From: an uncultured Enterobacteriaceae bacterium
GTDB lineage: Bacteria; Pseudomonadota; Gammaproteobacteria; Burkholderiales; SG8-39
Reading direction: 5' to 3'
DNA: 62,742 bases
NCBI GenBank assembly: GCA_964601155.1
Contig: CAZRMO010000004.1
Span: 1-62,742 of the forward strand
Positions within the stretch are counted from its first letter, which is position 1. Each line of letters starts with the position of its first letter. The notes beneath the pieces are model-generated. The model did no database searches. It saw only the letters and a program-made list of their open reading frames with translations, and was not told the origin of the DNA. Positions 43,547-53,260 of this stretch are shown in pieces. Made by a program: the position numbers and the translations under genes.

Positions 43547-44899
43547 CTAGCGCATCCCGGGGAGCATCCCCTTCATCCCGCGCATCATCTTCGCCATTCC
43601 GCCCTTCTGCATCTGCTTCATCATTTTCTGCATCTGCTCGAACTGATTCAACAGGCGATTGACCTCCTGCACCTGCACGCCCGCGCCTGCAGCGACGCGG
43701 CGCTTGCGCGAAGCCTTCATCAGTTCCGGACGCGAGCGCTCCTGCCGCGTCATCGAATTGATGATGCCCTCGATGCGCCGCATCTGCTTTTCGCCCATGT
43801 CCGCCGACTGCGCCTGTGCCGCCTGCGCCAGTTTCGCCGGTAGCTTGTCTATCATGGACGAAAGCCCGCCCATCTTGCGCATCTGGCCGATTTGCTGCTT
43901 GAAATCGTCGAGGTCGAAGCCCTTGCCTTTCTTGATCTTGTCGGCGAGCTTCTGCGCCTCCTCTACATCGACGCCCTTTCTCGCCTCCTCCACCAGCGAC
44001 AACACGTCACCCATGCCGAGGATGCGTGCGGCCATGCGCTCCGGGTGGAATGCTTCCAGCGCCGCGAGCTTCTCGCCTACGCCGGCAAACTTGATCGGTT
44101 TGCCGGTGACCTGCCGCACCGACAGCGCCGCGCCGCCGCGCGCATCGCCATCGAGCTTTGTCAGCACTACGCCAGTGAGCGGCAGTGTCTCGCTGAAGGC
44201 CTTGGCCACGTTGACCGCATCCTGGCCCTGCATTGCGTCGACCACGAACAGGGTTTCGGCCGGGCCGAGCGCGGCATGCAATTCGGCGATTTCCTGCATC
44301 ATCGCCGCGTCGATCGCGAGGCGCCCGGCGGTATCGACGATGAGCACGTCGTTGTAATGCCTCTTTGCGTAATCGAGCGCAGCCAGCGCTATATCCAGCG
44401 GCTTTTGCCCCGGCGCCGATTCGAAGAAATCGACTTCCAGTTGCCCGGCTATGGTGCGCAGTTGCTCGATCGCGGCCGGACGGTAGACGTCGCAACTCGC
44501 GAGCAGGGGTTTTTTCTTCTGCTCGGCAAGGAACTTCGCCAGTTTGCCGCTGGTCGTGGTCTTGCCCGAGCCTTGCAGGCCGGCCATCAGGATCACCGCA
44601 GGCGGGGTGACTGCCAGGTCGAGCGCGGCGTTTTCCCCGCCCATCAAGCGCGCCAGTTCGCGCTGCACTACACCCACCAGTGCCTGGCCCGGCGTAAGGC
44701 TGCCGATCACCTCTTCGCCCATGGCCTTTTCCCTGACCGCGGCGATGAAATCCTTTACCACGGGCACGGCGACGTCGGCCTCGAGCAAGGCCATGCGCAC
44801 CTCGCGCAGCGCGTCGGCGACGTTGGATTCGGTCAGGCGCGCCTCGCCGCGCAGGGTCTTGATGACCCGGGACAAGCGGTTGGTCAGGTTATCTAGCAT
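43547..44899 (-). CDS. ffh: Signal recognition particle protein
   Basis: GLQGSGKTTT, DVYRPAA, DTAGR, TKLDGDARGG, FHPERMA, RKRRVAAGAG M-domain. Confidence 0.97.
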   Translation of the reverse strand: MLDNLTNRLSRVIKTLRGEARLTESNVADALREVRMALLEADVAVPVVKDFIAAVREKAMGEEVIGSLTPGQALVGVVQRELARLMGGENAALDLAVTPPAVILMAGLQGSGKTTTSGKLAKFLAEQKKKPLLASCDVYRPAAIEQLRTIAGQLEVDFFESAPGQKPLDIALAALDYAKRHYNDVLIVDTAGRLAIDAAMMQEIAELHAALGPAETLFVVDAMQGQDAVNVAKAFSETLPLTGVVLTKLDGDARGGAALSVRQVTGKPIKFAGVGEKLAALEAFHPERMAARILGMGDVLSLVEEARKGVDVEEAQKLADKIKKGKGFDLDDFKQQIGQMRKMGGLSSMIDKLPAKLAQAAQAQSADMGEKQMRRIEGIINSMTRQERSRPELMKASRKRRVAAGAGVQVQEVNRLLNQFEQMQKMMKQMQKGGMAKMMRGMKGMLPGMR

Positions 44900-44920
44900 T
44901 CTGTGGTGTAAAATTTGGCC

Positions 44921-45763
44921 ATGGCTGCCATTTTACTCTATGCCGTCACCTCGCTCCTGTATGCCGTGCTCGGATGGCATTTCTGGCACACGAGCTGGCG
45001 CCCCGGCGCGGCGGCGCGGGACCAGGGCGGGGGCGGCGTCTCGTGGGAGCGCCTGGCCATCCTCGTCCCGTTCGCGCTGCATTCCTACCTGCTTTACGCC
45101 AGCCTGATCGCCGAGGCTCACTTGCACTTTGGCTTTTCCCAAGCCCTGTCGGTAACGCTATGGCTGACCGTGCTGATCTACTGGGTCGAGAGCATGGTCT
45201 ACGATGTCAAGGGCATGCAGGCGCTGGTGTTGCCGCTTGCGGCAGTGTGCGCGCTGCTGCCGGCATTTTTTCCCGGCCCGGAGACGCCGGCCTATACGCA
45301 GACTTTCATATTTAGAATCCACCTGCTGGTCGCCATGCTCGCCTACAGCCTGTTCACCATCGCCGCGCTGCACGCCACGCTGATGACGGTGCTGGAGCGG
45401 CGGCTGCATTCACGCACCTCCAGCGGATCGATCGCCGGACCCTGGGCGTCGCTGCCGCCACTGATGACGCTGGAGACGCTGTTGTTTCGCATCCTTGCGC
45501 TCGGCTTCGTGCTGTTGAGCCTGACGCTGGTCTCCGGCTTCGCGTTTTCGGAGGAATTGTTCGGCCGGGCGGCACGTATCAATCACAAGACCGTGTTCGG
45601 CGTCATTTCCTGGATCATCTTCGCCGCGCTTCTAATCGGCCGCCACGGCTGGGGCTGGCGCGGACGCACGGCGCTGCGCTGGACGCTCGCCGGGTTCGTC
45701 GCGCTGCTGCTCGCCTATGTCGGCAGCATGTTCGTGCTCCAGGTCATCCTCGGAAGGGTATAG
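44921..45763 (+). CDS. Cytochrome c assembly family inner-membrane protein (CcsA/YpjD-like)
   Basis: Eight hydrophobic segments, HLLVAMLAYS, LPPLMTLE, HKTVF, GWRGR, LAYVGS. Divergent from ffh, a conserved context. Confidence 0.8.
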   Translation: MAAILLYAVTSLLYAVLGWHFWHTSWRPGAAARDQGGGGVSWERLAILVPFALHSYLLYASLIAEAHLHFGFSQALSVTLWLTVLIYWVESMVYDVKGMQALVLPLAAVCALLPAFFPGPETPAYTQTFIFRIHLLVAMLAYSLFTIAALHATLMTVLERRLHSRTSSGSIAGPWASLPPLMTLETLLFRILALGFVLLSLTLVSGFAFSEELFGRAARINHKTVFGVISWIIFAALLIGRHGWGWRGRTALRWTLAGFVALLLAYVGSMFVLQVILGRV

Positions 45764-45900
45764 GTGCTCACGTGCGAACCGCCGAATACGGGATTCAGTA
45801 CGCCGAACGCCGAGTGCCGGACACACCGCATGGCTTTACGCCTTGCGCGGCACACTTGCCCTGCCGCGTTTAACATCTAGCGCCCGGCGCTGCCCTGGAT

Positions 45901-47196
45901 ATGGAAGATATCCCTTTATCGGCGCAGTTCGGCGCGCTGGTAATCCTGCTGTTGCTCTCCGCTTTTTTCTCGCTCGCCGAGACCAGCATGATGGCGCTCA
46001 ACCGCTATCGGCTGAAGCACCTGGTCAAACAGGGACACCGCGGCGCAAGGTTGACGCATGCGCTGCTCGCGCGCACCGATCAACTGCTCGGCGTGATCCT
46101 GCTCGGCAATACCCTGGTGGCCGCAGGTGCCGCGACGCTCGCCGCGATGATCGCCCACCTGCTGTTGGGCGAGTACAAGTGGGTCCCCGGAGTGAGCGCG
46201 ATTGCGATTACGCTGGCGCTGCTGATTTTCTCGGAAATCACGCCCAAGGTGATCGGAGCCGCGTACGCCGAGCGCATCGCCTTTGCGGTGAGCTACGTGC
46301 TCACGCCGCTGCTGAAGCTCCTCTATCCGCTGGTATGGTTCGTCAATCTGTTCGTTTCGGCACTGCTCACGCTGCTGCGCTTCAAGCCGCCCGCAGGCGG
46401 CGAGCCGCAGCGCCTCAGCGCAGAAGAGCTGCGCTCGCTGGTGCTGGAGGCGGGGCATTACATGCCGAAGAAGCACAGCAGCATCCTGGTCAACCTGTTC
46501 GATCTCGAGCGCGTCACGGTGGAGGACGTGATGACCCCGCGCGCGCAAATTGAAGCCGTTGATCTGGAGGCGCCGCTGGAACTCATAGCCGAGCAGCTCG
46601 CCACCAGCTATCACACGCGACTGCTGGTCTACCGCAACGAGCTCGGCAACATCGCCGGCATTCTGCATCTGCGCAAAGTGCTGGCCCTGATGCGCGAGGG
46701 CGAGCTCGACCGCGACAACCTCGCCGAATTGCTCGCCGAGCCTTATTTCATTCCGGCCAGCACGCCGCTGTTCACACAGATGCAGTACTTTCAGGAAAAC
46801 CGCCAGCGTCTCGCGCTGGTGGTGGACGAATACGGCGAACTGCAGGGCCTGATGACGCTGGAGGACATCATCGAGGAGATCATCGGCGAGTTCACCACCA
46901 ATGCCCCATCGGTCGCCACCATCCGCGCCTGGGACAAGAACCAGAGCGCGCTGGTGGAAGGCACCAGCCCCTTGCGCGAGCTCAATCGCAAGCTTGGCCT
47001 GACGCTGCCGCTCGAGGGACCCAAGACGCTCAACGGCCTGATCATCGAGCACTTTCAGGACATTCCGGAAGCAGGCGTCAGCCTGAAGATCGCCGGCGTG
47101 CCGATGGAAATCGTGCAGACCCAAGACCGCGTAGTTAGGACCGTGCGCCTGTTCCAGCCCAAGGCCGAAGCGCTTCCCTTGATCGAAAGACCCTGA
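45901..47196 (+). CDS. HlyC/CorC (CNNM-CBS) family transporter
   Basis: SAFFSLAETS, ILLGNT, FSEITPK, VEDVMTPR, VVDEYGELQGL..LEDIIEEIIGE, CorC-like tail. Confidence 0.9.
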   Translation: MEDIPLSAQFGALVILLLLSAFFSLAETSMMALNRYRLKHLVKQGHRGARLTHALLARTDQLLGVILLGNTLVAAGAATLAAMIAHLLLGEYKWVPGVSAIAITLALLIFSEITPKVIGAAYAERIAFAVSYVLTPLLKLLYPLVWFVNLFVSALLTLLRFKPPAGGEPQRLSAEELRSLVLEAGHYMPKKHSSILVNLFDLERVTVEDVMTPRAQIEAVDLEAPLELIAEQLATSYHTRLLVYRNELGNIAGILHLRKVLALMREGELDRDNLAELLAEPYFIPASTPLFTQMQYFQENRQRLALVVDEYGELQGLMTLEDIIEEIIGEFTTNAPSVATIRAWDKNQSALVEGTSPLRELNRKLGLTLPLEGPKTLNGLIIEHFQDIPEAGVSLKIAGVPMEIVQTQDRVVRTVRLFQPKAEALPLIERP

Positions 47197-47365
47197 TCGT
47201 GGCGCGCGAATCAAGGCACTTTTGCACACAATGATGAAGTTAAAACATTTTATCTTCAACAGATTACACTGATAACCTCAGGCTTTACAAAAGGCCATGG
47301 GCAGTGCATCATGGCAAATACACCGGTAATACAATAGGCGCGATCGGAAAGCGTCGGAGGTAAAA

Positions 47366-48589
47366 ATGGCCACAGCCGCAGCGGCAAGAGACAAGATCAA
47401 GGACTTTACCTTCGTCTGGGAGGGAAAGGACAAGCAGGGCAAGGTCGTGAAGGGCGAGCTGCGCGCCCAGGGCGAGGCCGTCGTCAACGCGACGCTGCGG
47501 CGCCAGGGCATCCTGGTGACGAAGGTAAAGAAGCAGCGCGCCGGCGGGGGTGGCAAAGTTTCCGAAAAGGACGTCACGCTGTTCACGCGCCAACTCGCCA
47601 CCATGATGAAAGCCGGCGTGCCGCTGCTGCAGTCTTTCGACATCGTCGGCAAGGGCCACAGCAACCCGGCGGTTGCGCAGTTGCTGATGTCGATCAAGTC
47701 CGACGTAGAAACCGGCTCCAGCCTGACCCAGGCATTCCGCAAATTTCCGCTGTATTTCGACCCCCTGTTCTGCAATCTGGTGGGCGCGGGCGAGCAGGCA
47801 GGCATTCTCGAATCCCTGCTCGACCGGCTGGCGACGTACAAGGAGAAAACCCAGGCGATCAAAAGCAAAATAAAATCCGCGCTGTTCTACCCAGTCTCCA
47901 TTATCGCGGTCGCTTTCATCATCACCGCGGTGATTATGATTTTTGTGATCCCTTCGTTCAAAAAGGTGTTCACCAGCTTTGGCGCCGACCTGCCTGCGCC
48001 GACCCTGTTCGTGATGGCGATATCCGACGCTTTCGTCAAGTACTGGTACATCATCTTCCCGGTGATCTTTGGCGGCGTCTACGGTTTCATGTACGCATGG
48101 AAGCGTTCGCTCGCGGTACAGATCTTCATGGATAAACTGCTGCTCAAAGCCCCGGTCTTCGGCCACCTGATACGCATTTCGACCATCGCGCGCTGGACGC
48201 GCACGCTCTCGACCATGTTTGCGGCCGGGGTGCCGCTGGTGGAGGCACTTGATTCGGTGGGCGGTGCTTCGGGCAATTACGTCTACCTGGTAGCGACCAA
48301 GCAAATCCAGCAAGCGGTCAGCACCGGCTCCAGCCTTACAGCGGCGATGACGGACACGGGGGAGTTCCCGAGCATGGTGATTCAGATGGTGCAGATCGGC
48401 GAGGAATCCGGCGCGCTCGACAGTATGCTGTCCAAAGTCGCCGATTTTTTCGAAGCCGAGGTCGACACCGCCGTGGAAACGCTTTCCAGCCTGATGGAAC
48501 CGGTCATCATGGTAGTACTGGGTACGCTTATCGGCGGCATGGTGATCGCGATGTACCTGCCGATCTTCAAACTCGGTGCCGCTGTCTAG
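47366..48589 (+). CDS. pilC: Type IV pilus inner-membrane platform protein
   Basis: FTRQLATMMKAGVPL, GEQAG.L, ALFYP, IGEESGALD.ML.KVADF, MYLPIF. Confidence 0.92.
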   Translation: MATAAAARDKIKDFTFVWEGKDKQGKVVKGELRAQGEAVVNATLRRQGILVTKVKKQRAGGGGKVSEKDVTLFTRQLATMMKAGVPLLQSFDIVGKGHSNPAVAQLLMSIKSDVETGSSLTQAFRKFPLYFDPLFCNLVGAGEQAGILESLLDRLATYKEKTQAIKSKIKSALFYPVSIIAVAFIITAVIMIFVIPSFKKVFTSFGADLPAPTLFVMAISDAFVKYWYIIFPVIFGGVYGFMYAWKRSLAVQIFMDKLLLKAPVFGHLIRISTIARWTRTLSTMFAAGVPLVEALDSVGGASGNYVYLVATKQIQQAVSTGSSLTAAMTDTGEFPSMVIQMVQIGEESGALDSMLSKVADFFEAEVDTAVETLSSLMEPVIMVVLGTLIGGMVIAMYLPIFKLGAAV

Positions 48590-48676
48590 AACAGAAGGCG
48601 GAGGAACAGAGCAGGGCGCTACGAAGCGTCCGGCGCTCGCGCCCCCCCACTCGTCGCCGCTCCCGTCTCCGGGTAT

Positions 48677-49534
48677 ATGGCGTCCCTAGGGTCCCTGACC
48701 AACCCGGCCGTTTTTCCGTGGCTGTGCCTCGCCGTGGGCCTGTGCGTAGGATCGTTCCTGAATGTAGTCATCTATCGCCTGCCGAAAATCATGCAGCGCG
48801 ACTGGGAGCTTCAATGCGCCGAGTTGCGCGGCGAGAAACCGCCCGAGCAGCTGCCGTTCAACCTCGCGCTGCCGCGCTCGCACTGTCCCGCCTGCGCGCA
48901 ACCGATCACAGCGCTGCAGAACATTCCGCTGGTGAGCTACCTCGTGTTGCGCGGCAAGTGCGCCTCCTGCGGCGCCGGCATCAGCCCGCGCTATCCGATG
49001 ATCGAAGCCCTGAGCGGACTCGCCGGCGCCTACGCGGCCTGGCACTTCGGCTTCGGACTCGCCGCGTTCGCTGCAATGGCGTTCCTGTGGTGCATGATCG
49101 CCCTCGCGTTCATCGATTTCGACACCCAGCTGCTGCCCGACTCGATCACGCTGCCGCTGGTCTGGGCCGGGCTGTTGCTCAACCTCGCCGGCACTTACGT
49201 CGACCTCGGCTCTGCGGTAATAGGTGCGTCCGCCGGCTATCTCTCGCTGTGGTCCGTGTACTGGGGTTTCCGCATCGTCACCGGCAAGGAAGGCATGGGC
49301 TTCGGCGACTTCAAACTCCTTGCTGCAGTCGGCGCCTGGCTCGGCTGGCAGATGTTGCCGCTGGTGGTGCTCGCCTCCTCATTGGTTGGCGCGATCGTCG
49401 GTATCTCGCTCATTCTGTTCGCCAAGCACGGGCGCAATGTCCCGATCCCTTTCGGCCCATACCTCGCCATCGCGGGCGCGGTCGCGCTGCTCTGGGGCAA
49501 GCCTCTGACTTACGCCTATCTCAACCTGCTCTAA
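48677..49534 (+). CDS. pilD: Prepilin peptidase / N-methyltransferase
   Basis: GSFLNVVIYRLP, SHCPAC, GKCASC, IDFDTQLLPD, GMGFGDFKL, PFGPYL. Confidence 0.95.
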   Translation: MASLGSLTNPAVFPWLCLAVGLCVGSFLNVVIYRLPKIMQRDWELQCAELRGEKPPEQLPFNLALPRSHCPACAQPITALQNIPLVSYLVLRGKCASCGAGISPRYPMIEALSGLAGAYAAWHFGFGLAAFAAMAFLWCMIALAFIDFDTQLLPDSITLPLVWAGLLLNLAGTYVDLGSAVIGASAGYLSLWSVYWGFRIVTGKEGMGFGDFKLLAAVGAWLGWQMLPLVVLASSLVGAIVGISLILFAKHGRNVPIPFGPYLAIAGAVALLWGKPLTYAYLNLL

Positions 49535-49574
49535 TGCGTGCCGAACCGCGACCGAAAGCAGCAGGAACAAAGCG

Positions 49575-50183
49575 ATGCCCTACGTCGTAGGCCTGACCGG
49601 CGGCATCGGCAGCGGCAAAAGCACCGCTGCGCGGATATTCGAGGAGCTCGGCGCCACGGTCATCGACACCGACGCCATCGCCCATGCGCTTACCGGTCCC
49701 GACGGCGCGGCGATAGCGCCCATCCGGGCCGCCTTTGGCGCGGATTACGTCACCGCCGAGGGCGCGCTGGCGCGCGCCCGGATGCGCGAACTGGTATTCG
49801 CCGATGCCGCAAGAAAAAGCACGCTCGAGTCCATCCTGCACCCGCTGATTCGCCGTCGCTCGGACGAGCTGGTGCGCGACGCACGCAGCCCTTATGTGAT
49901 CCTGATGGTGCCGCTGCTGGTCGAGTCACGCGATTACCGCCGCCGTTGCCAGCGCATCCTGGTCGTGGACTGCCCCGAAGAACTGCAGATCGAGCGGGTC
50001 GCGACGCGCAGCGGGATTTCCGCAGCGCAGGTGCGTGCCATCATGGCAACCCAGGTATCGCGCGCAGCGCGCCTCGCGGCCGCCGACGATGTGATCGACA
50101 ACAGCCACGACCTGGCGCAGCTGCGCCGCGAAGCCGAGGTGCTGCACCAGCGTTACCTGAAACTTGCTGCGGCGGGGAAATGA
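49575..50183 (+). CDS. coaE: Dephospho-CoA kinase
   Basis: GLTGGIGSGKS, IDTD, LESILHP, VPLL.E. Confidence 0.95.
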   Translation: MPYVVGLTGGIGSGKSTAARIFEELGATVIDTDAIAHALTGPDGAAIAPIRAAFGADYVTAEGALARARMRELVFADAARKSTLESILHPLIRRRSDELVRDARSPYVILMVPLLVESRDYRRRCQRILVVDCPEELQIERVATRSGISAAQVRAIMATQVSRAARLAAADDVIDNSHDLAQLRREAEVLHQRYLKLAAAGK

Positions 50184-50253
50184 AGTTGTAAATTGCTGAC
50201 GAATCGGTCAGAATCCTCGAAACGAGACTTCATCCTGGAGGACTGCTGCGATA

Positions 50254-51009
50254 GTGATCACTTACGAGTATCCCTTCAACGAGCGCATCCGCACGCTGTT
50301 GCGCCTGGAGGATCTGTTCGATCGCGCGCGCTTTTTTCTCGCCCGCCAGGATGTGCTCGATCACCACGCTGCCTTGCTCACGCTGTTCGAGATCCTCGAG
50401 GTCGCAAGCCGCGCCGACCTTAAATCGGACCTGCTGCAGGAACTGGAGCGGCAAAAGCAGGTGTTGCTGTCGTTCCGCAACAACCCCGAAATCTCCGAAG
50501 ACGCGCTCAACCAGATAATCTCCGAAATCGAGCAAGCGAGCTCGGCGCTGTTCAACATGACAGGCAAGATCGGCCAGTATCTGCGCGAGAACGAGTGGCT
50601 GATGTCGATCAAGCAGCGCACCGGGATTCCCGGCGGCGTATGCGAGTTCGATCTGCCCTCGTATCATTACTGGCTGCATCGCGATTCCGGTTCACGCGCC
50701 TTCGATCTGCACGGCTGGATCAACCCGCTATACCCGGTCCGCGACGCTTCAGCCATCGTGCTGCGACTGTTGCGCGAGAGCGGCAAGCCGTCGAAGATCG
50801 TCGCCCAGCAAGGCCTTTATCAGCAGATGCTCGGCGGCAGGGTGGTACAGATGGTGGGCATCCGCCTGCCGCAGGATGCGGAATTCATTCCGGAGATTAG
50901 CGCCAACAAATACGCGCTCAATATCCGCTTCGCGATATTCGGTGACGACGTGCGTCCGCACAGCAGTACTTCGAACGTGGAATTCGAGCTTTCCCTGTGC
51001 AACCTGTGA
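50254..51009 (+). CDS. zapD: Cell division protein ZapD
   Basis: [48 protein letters not shown]. Confidence 0.93.
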   Translation: MITYEYPFNERIRTLLRLEDLFDRARFFLARQDVLDHHAALLTLFEILEVASRADLKSDLLQELERQKQVLLSFRNNPEISEDALNQIISEIEQASSALFNMTGKIGQYLRENEWLMSIKQRTGIPGGVCEFDLPSYHYWLHRDSGSRAFDLHGWINPLYPVRDASAIVLRLLRESGKPSKIVAQQGLYQQMLGGRVVQMVGIRLPQDAEFIPEISANKYALNIRFAIFGDDVRPHSSTSNVEFELSLCNL

Positions 51010-51194
51010 CCCGGGATAGCCGCACAGTCAGTTGCCCGCGCTGCGGCACGCCAGTGCGCTGGGATGCCACGTCACCGTTCCGTCCATTCTGCTCCGAACG
51101 CTGCAAAATGATCGATTTGGGCGCTTGGGCGAGCGAAGAATACCGCGTGGCGGCCAAGAACGAAGAAGACGATACCGGCGCGGCGTCGGCATAA
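51006..51194 (+). CDS. yacG: DNA gyrase inhibitor YacG
   Basis: [20 protein letters not shown] zinc finger. GTG overlaps the zapD stop. Confidence 0.93.
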   Translation: MTRDSRTVSCPRCGTPVRWDATSPFRPFCSERCKMIDLGAWASEEYRVAAKNEEDDTGAASA

Positions 51195-51231
51195 GCCGGC
51201 CGCGGCACGCTCCGGACCGCGAGGCGGCGAG

Positions 51232-52182
51232 CTACCAGCTCCCGCGCACCATGGCGATACCGTGCGCGCCGCAGCGCCAGGCGGTCTCCATGTCACCCTG
51301 TGCCATACCCCCCAGTGCGAACACCGGCATAGCGGCTTCCCGGGCCAGCGCGCCAAAGGTTTCCCAGCCCAGCGGCTGCGCTTGCGGATGCGTCAGTGTC
51401 GAGTGCACCGGACCGAGCACCGCGAAATCGAGGCCTAACTGCGCGGCGCGCGCGAGTTCCTCCGCATTGTGGCAGGAAGCCGCGCACCAATCCAGCGCCG
51501 GCCGCCGATCCAAATGAGCGAGTTGCGCCGCGGTGAGGTGTATGCCGTCCGCGCCCAGGCGCACGGCCAAGTCAATGTCGGAGTTGATCAGCACGCGCGC
51601 GCCGTGCGTCCGCGCCAAGGCGATCACCGCCGCGGCGAAATGCTCCAGCGCGGGACCCTGCATGCCTTTCTCGCGCACCTGGATCAAGCTGAGACCCTGC
51701 ACCAGGCGCTGACCCAAACGGCTTAGCTGCTGCTGCGCTCCGATCTCACCGGCGTGGGTAATCGCGTACTCGAACGGAAGCCGCAGCGCGCGCAGCACCG
51801 GCGCATTGGCCGGCAGCAGCGGCGCGACCTCGAGCGCGGACACGTGCTGCCATGCAAGCCGCTGCTGCTCTTTTCCATGCGGCTCGCCATGCCAGGCGCG
51901 CACGCGGAAGAAATTCAGCCGCACATGGGCGTGTGGATAAGCGTAGGTGCGCACGATCCAGGGATACGCGACTTCGACCTCGATGCCGAGTTCTTCGTGC
52001 AGTTCGCGCGCGAGCGCCTCTGTCAGCTGCTCTCCCGGCTCGACCTTGCCGCCTGGAAATTCCCAGTAACCGGCGTAGGCCTTGCCTGCTGGGCGCTGCG
52101 CCAGTAGAAATGAGCCGTCCGGCCGTTCGATCACCGCGGCGACGACTTCGACGGGAGGGACAATTGAAGACTTGGAGTCCAT
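51232..52182 (-). CDS. Nudix hydrolase (MutT-like) fused to a thiamine-phosphate-synthase-like TIM barrel
   Basis: WEFPGGKVEPGE..L.RELHEELG Nudix box, then IQVREK, GIHL, SCH, DFAVLGPV..T.TH, ALGG. Confidence 0.9.
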   Translation of the reverse strand: MDSKSSIVPPVEVVAAVIERPDGSFLLAQRPAGKAYAGYWEFPGGKVEPGEQLTEALARELHEELGIEVEVAYPWIVRTYAYPHAHVRLNFFRVRAWHGEPHGKEQQRLAWQHVSALEVAPLLPANAPVLRALRLPFEYAITHAGEIGAQQQLSRLGQRLVQGLSLIQVREKGMQGPALEHFAAAVIALARTHGARVLINSDIDLAVRLGADGIHLTAAQLAHLDRRPALDWCAASCHNAEELARAAQLGLDFAVLGPVHSTLTHPQAQPLGWETFGALAREAAMPVFALGGMAQGDMETAWRCGAHGIAMVRGSW

Positions 52183-52282
52183 TTCAGAATTATCGAAATG
52201 GCCTGATTCAGGGAAGTATGAGGGGAGGCGCCCCTAAGGTTTCGATCCCGCTTCGTTGGTCCCGCTTGACGGGAGCCGGGAA

Positions 52283-52327
52283 AGTCCCCGTAGGGGATCC
52301 CCCAAGGGGACTTCCTCCGGGGCGTAT
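52283..52327 (-). repeat. Dispersed repeat copy 2 with tandem TCCCC-N3-GGGGA hairpins
   Basis: 52298-52327 is the reverse complement (28/30) of 13471-13500. 52283-52312 is an imperfect palindrome, agtcccc...ggggact. Confidence 0.75.
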
Positions 52328-52353
52328 CCCCTCATATCGTAACAAGTGCGTAT

Positions 52354-53244
52354 TCAACCGCGCTTGCCGCGCGGCGCTCCGGCGGCGCGCAGGCGGCCCG
52401 ACACATCGCGCGCGAACTGCCAGGCGACGCGGCCGGAGCGTGAGCCGCGCGACAGCGCCCATTGCAGCGCTTCCTCGTGGGTGGCCGCGATCTCCCGCGG
52501 CGAGCAGCCCAATTCCGCCAGCCAGTGTTCGACGATGCCCAGGTAGTCATCCTGGTCGAACGGATAGAACGATACCCACAGGCCGAAGCGCTCGGACAGG
52601 GATATCTTCTCTTCCGAGGTCTCGCCCGGGTGAATCTCCTCGCCCATATGCTTGTACTCGAGGTTTTCCTGCATGTACTCGGGCATCAGGTGGCGCCGGT
52701 TGGAAGTGGCGTAGATCAGGACGTTTTCGGAAGTCGCCGAGATCGAGCCGTCGAGCACCACCTTGAGCGCCTTGTAGCCGGCCTCGGCCGCCTCGAACGA
52801 CAGGTCGTCGCAGAAGATGATGAAGCGCTCGCTGCGCACCGAGATCTGATCGACGATGTCGGGCAGGTCGATCAGATCGTGCTTGTCCACTTCGATCAGG
52901 CGCAGGCCCTGGCGGTGGAACTTGTTGAGCACCGCCTTGACCAGAGATGACTTGCCTGTTCCGCGCGCGCCGGTCAGGAGCACGTTGTTCGCCGCGAATC
53001 CGGTCACGAACTGGCGCGTGTTCTGCTCGATCAGCCGCCTTTGCCTGTCGATACCGCGCAAATCGGACAAGCGGATTTTGTGCGGATGGGCTACCGGCTG
53101 TAGATGGCCCTGCCCGCCCGCCTTGCGCCAGCGATAGGCGATGCTCGCGTTCCAGTCCACCGGCGGCTGCACCGCAGGCAACAGCACTTCGAGGCGTGCG
53201 ACCAGCGCTTCGGCCCGTTCCAGAAATTTGGACAATTCGCTCAT
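52354..53244 (-). CDS. DUF815 family AAA+ ATP-binding protein
   Basis: NNVLLTGARGTGKSSL, FCDDLSFE, YATSNRRHL, EEKISLSERFGL, GSRSGR.A.QF. Confidence 0.88.
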   Translation of the reverse strand: MSELSKFLERAEALVARLEVLLPAVQPPVDWNASIAYRWRKAGGQGHLQPVAHPHKIRLSDLRGIDRQRRLIEQNTRQFVTGFAANNVLLTGARGTGKSSLVKAVLNKFHRQGLRLIEVDKHDLIDLPDIVDQISVRSERFIIFCDDLSFEAAEAGYKALKVVLDGSISATSENVLIYATSNRRHLMPEYMQENLEYKHMGEEIHPGETSEEKISLSERFGLWVSFYPFDQDDYLGIVEHWLAELGCSPREIAATHEEALQWALSRGSRSGRVAWQFARDVSGRLRAAGAPRGKRG

Positions 53245-53260
53245 TTGACTCGGATATGGA

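Noticed and set aside
47225-47240. Possible sigma-54 promoter (ggcactttttgc-like motif near 47218-47229) upstream of pilC
   Set aside because: GG-to-GC spacing is 8 nt rather than the required 10.
52236-52262. tRNA-like T-arm string (ggtttcgatccc)
   Set aside because: No cloverleaf, acceptor stem or D-arm can be built around it.
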